The translations under genes were made by a program, and so were the position numbers. From the IMG/VR virus record IMGVR_UViG_3300045988_174840: 59,807 nucleotides of DNA, one strand, 5' to 3'. Positions 57,323 through 59,807 of the stretch are shown piece by piece. Positions within the stretch are counted from its first letter, which is position 1; the number at the start of each line of letters is the position of its first letter. The notes beneath the pieces were generated by a model. It was not told where the DNA came from, did not search any database, and saw only the letters and a list, made by a program, of their open reading frames with translations. This stretch comes from a virus.

Positions 57323-58539
57323 CTGACTATTTTTTACAGACGTTGTAGTGAGATTTTGGCTTTTCTCTTGTCTGCACACTATTTCCCAAAACGTATCAAT
57401 AGTTTCAGTACTCCCCGTCTAACCAGGGATAGTCGATACAACATTTTTCTTTTAATAGATTTATTTATTATCTCTAAGAGGGTATTTATATTTTTCTTTT
57501 TTATGAGAACGTCCTGCGTTAATATTTTTAATTGTTGCATAGCTTTTATTCCATTTTTTTGCGATATCTTTTAAAGATAAATCTGTTTCTAAAATATCTT
57601 TTATAATACCTTGAATCCAGATTTCATTTTTAGCTTTATTACCACCTTTATCACAAAGAGGGTAGTTATCCTTATCACTATAAAAATATTTTCCTGTATT
57701 TATCATAGATAAAAATCCAGCTGATTTAATTCCAAAATCTTCTTGAATTGTTTTATATTTTTCTCCGCTTTTAATTCTATCTTTTATTTCTCTAATTTCT
57801 TTTTGAGAAAAGCGGCTTTTAGAATTTTTCTTTAAAGGATAATCAAACTCTTCATTAAAATAATTTGTTCCAGTATTTATATTAACTAAAAACGTTCTTT
57901 TTAACTTAGGAAAATAAATTTTTTCAATATCATCATATTCTTCATCATTCATTAGACGATTTTGGATATCAATAATTTCTTCTTTTTTAAAGAGTTTAGA
58001 TCGGTTTAATTTTTCTTCATACGTTAAAGGTTTTCTTTTATATCCTTGTCCGCCTAAAGTAATATTATATCCATTTTCATCTTTTAAAGAATGATAATAT
58101 TGAATAAAATAAATTTCTCTTTCGTCAATATATTCTTGAGATTCTCCATCAGCAATCTCTTCAAGAATATCAAAATTAAAATTATCCCAACCATATTTTC
58201 TTATGGCTGCGTGAAATGGCAAATTATAGCCAGAAGTTTTTTCATTAAAAGACTCACTTTTATGTCCATTTTTTCTTTTTTGAACATTATTAGTTTGTCC
58301 GATATAAATTTTACCATTTGTTTTATTTGTAAATTTATAAATATAGTACATAATATTCTCCTTATACATTGTTTTACTATTCTCATGTATAACTGAAAAA
58401 TACTATACCTCTATTAAAGAAATTTGTCACGAGATTTAACCCTCGTTAGCAATTAAAACCATATTTGCCAAATATGTAAATGTTTTAATTACCCCACTGA
58501 TAAGTGGTTAAGTGTGTAAGCACCATTCACACAATGCTA
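57323..58539 (-). other. ~1.2-kb intervening sequence interrupting dnaE; candidate group I intron carrying a homing endonuclease gene
   Basis: The upstream frame ends in-frame with ...GYSF then SIV-stop. The downstream frame has no nearby ATG or ribosome-binding site. The proposed junction, with the 5' exon ending in T and the intron ending in G, restores GYSFNFKLCIHALAY. Confidence 0.5.
57461..58351 (-). CDS. GIY-YIG homing endonuclease, free-standing inside the dnaE intervening sequence
   Basis: N-terminal YYIYKFTNKTNGKIYIGQT...KRKNGH (GIY-YIG motif). Perfect AAGGAG ribosome-binding site 6 nt before the second ATG at 58351; track ORF starts 6 codons earlier. Confidence 0.8.
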   Translation of the reverse strand: MYYIYKFTNKTNGKIYIGQTNNVQKRKNGHKSESFNEKTSGYNLPFHAAIRKYGWDNFNFDILEEIADGESQEYIDEREIYFIQYYHSLKDENGYNITLGGQGYKRKPLTYEEKLNRSKLFKKEEIIDIQNRLMNDEEYDDIEKIYFPKLKRTFLVNINTGTNYFNEEFDYPLKKNSKSRFSQKEIREIKDRIKSGEKYKTIQEDFGIKSAGFLSMINTGKYFYSDKDNYPLCDKGGNKAKNEIWIQGIIKDILETDLSLKDIAKKWNKSYATIKNINAGRSHKKEKYKYPLRDNK

Positions 58540-59807
58540 AAGCTATATCCCATCTGCGGACCTATGCCATATTTCCATACATAGTCTCCGAGTTCTTTTC
58601 TTTTAGCTTGTTCAATAACCTTCTTTTTCAATTCTGGAATTTTACTCATTTGTTTTTTACCAACAATTTTTCTCGCGGTGTTGGCTTCAGATAACTTAAA
58701 ACCGCAAATATCCTTATCCATTAACATACTCATTAATTGTTCTTGACTTGGCGGAACACCATAAGACTTTAAGAAATAAGGTTCTAATGTTTTCATCTCT
58801 TGAGGAGATAACCCCTCTCTTCTCATTTCTTGATACCAAAGATCAATATTTTTTTTATATCTTACATATTTTTCCATTGGCGTTTCTTGACCTTTTTCAC
58901 TAGTCATAAGTCTCATTAATCCATTAGCATCTGACATTTCAATTATTGAGGCTGGCTTAATTTTTTTTGCAGCCTGACTGCCTACATCGCTATCAAATTG
59001 AAAAATATTTAAAACTGAGTTGTTTTGCAGTGCTTTCCAACATTTTTTATCTTCGATAGGTAAAACACTTGGATGAAAATATTTTTCATACACTTCTTTT
59101 AAAGATAAATCTGATTCAATTTCATTATTAGCCTGTAGTAATTTAATTGTTTCTGCTAATTTATCCTGGACTTCAGTTACTAAGAAGTCATATTTTGTCA
59201 TACCTGCTGCTTCGCACATATGAAGATCCCATTGCGTAATAATTTCTCCTTTAGGAGTCCGCATAAAACATCCAAATTCATATGGGTCTTCATCAAAAAG
59301 GATTACTCCAGAAGCATGAGAACTCCTTTTGTTTACTAACCCTTCAATAGCAATCATAATATCTAATAAGCCAGGATATTTTTCTACCTCATTAGTAAAC
59401 ATCTTAATAGGCTTTCTATCTTTATCTGGGTTACCATTAATGGCATCTGATAAAGACCATAAAAAACCTCTTTCACTTGGAATTAAAGAAGATAAAAATT
59501 GAGCAGTGTCAACATCAATTCCGTCTGGATACTCTTCACTTCTATATCCGCGACAAGCAGTTAAAATAGTTGATCGAGTACCTTCAGTTCCAAAAGTGGC
59601 TATCAACGTACATCCTAAATTTTTTCGAGATAAAACATCAATATCTTTTTTAAAATTTTTTCCGCGTTCTTCCTTTATTTTCTTTAAAATTAAAGGTCTT
59701 TTACTTGGACTTAAATCTAAATCTATATCTCCAAGCTCTATACGCTCTTTATTTAAATATCTCCAGAAAGGAAGCTCCCATTCAATCGGATCTAGTTGAG
59801 TAATTCC
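58540..59807 (-). CDS. dnaE: DNA polymerase III alpha subunit (DnaE-type), upstream exon or segment, 5' partial (continues beyond the window)
   Basis: Track ORF 58527..59606 (IATFGTEGTRSTILTACRGY...) stays open in the same frame to the window edge at 59807. It ends at the conserved GYGF position. Confidence 0.7.

Noticed and set aside
57323-58539. Intein interpretation of the dnaE interruption
   Set aside because: The upstream frame hits a stop 5 codons after the junction, and the endonuclease is in a separate ORF with its own ribosome-binding site. An in-frame protein-splicing element is therefore excluded. RNA splicing or a genuinely split gene remain the alternatives.
59506-59799. Track ORF 59506..59799 (+) and other antisense ORFs inside large genes (8675..8920, 13265..13468, 14685..14939, 25168..25377, 29071..29478, 31759..31983, 32075..32269, 36336..36765, 50274..50588, 53295..53495, 55441..55686)
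   Set aside because: They lie entirely inside, and antisense to, well-supported long genes. They have no ribosome-binding sites and low-complexity translations, so they are frame shadows.
1-59807. CRISPR arrays, tRNA genes, integrase or reverse transcriptase (diversity-generating retroelement)
   Set aside because: No regularly spaced direct repeats with unique spacers, no tRNA cloverleaves, and no ORF with RT (YxDD) or tyrosine- or serine-recombinase motifs were seen. The C-terminal repeats in the 1537-aa tail protein lack a cognate template repeat or RT.

Overview
AT-rich (~30% GC) window from a large tailed phage, most likely a siphovirus-like virus of a low-GC Gram-positive (Firmicutes-type) host. 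The host inference rests on canonical sigma-A TTGACA-17-TATAAT promoters and strong GGAGG-type ribosome-binding sites. The window has three modules. (1) Coordinates 1-7900: a leftward early-type cluster of many tiny genes, each with its own copy of a conserved promoter-leader cassette. It is flanked by two dense non-coding regulatory hubs (~880-1560 and ~5950-7260) built from consensus promoters, palindromes, iterons and GC-rich hairpins. (2) Coordinates 7925-50661: a rightward morphogenesis operon. It encodes a large terminase, a candidate homing-type nuclease, portal, scaffold, major capsid protein, connector proteins, major tail protein, a 2843-aa tape measure protein, a 1537-aa distal tail protein, fibres and baseplate proteins. 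A small post-terminator cassette of unknown function follows. (3) Coordinates 50689-59807: a leftward replication and nucleotide-metabolism module carrying a RuvC-like resolvase, dUTPase, NrdD/NrdG, a guanylate-kinase-like protein and a DnaE-type polymerase. The most striking feature is that this DnaE gene is interrupted at its conserved GYGFNKSH motif by a ~1.2-kb intervening sequence that carries a free-standing GIY-YIG homing endonuclease, giving a candidate group I intron. No tRNA, CRISPR array, reverse transcriptase, integrase or recognisable endolysin was seen. All functional calls come from motifs recognised by eye; no database search was possible.
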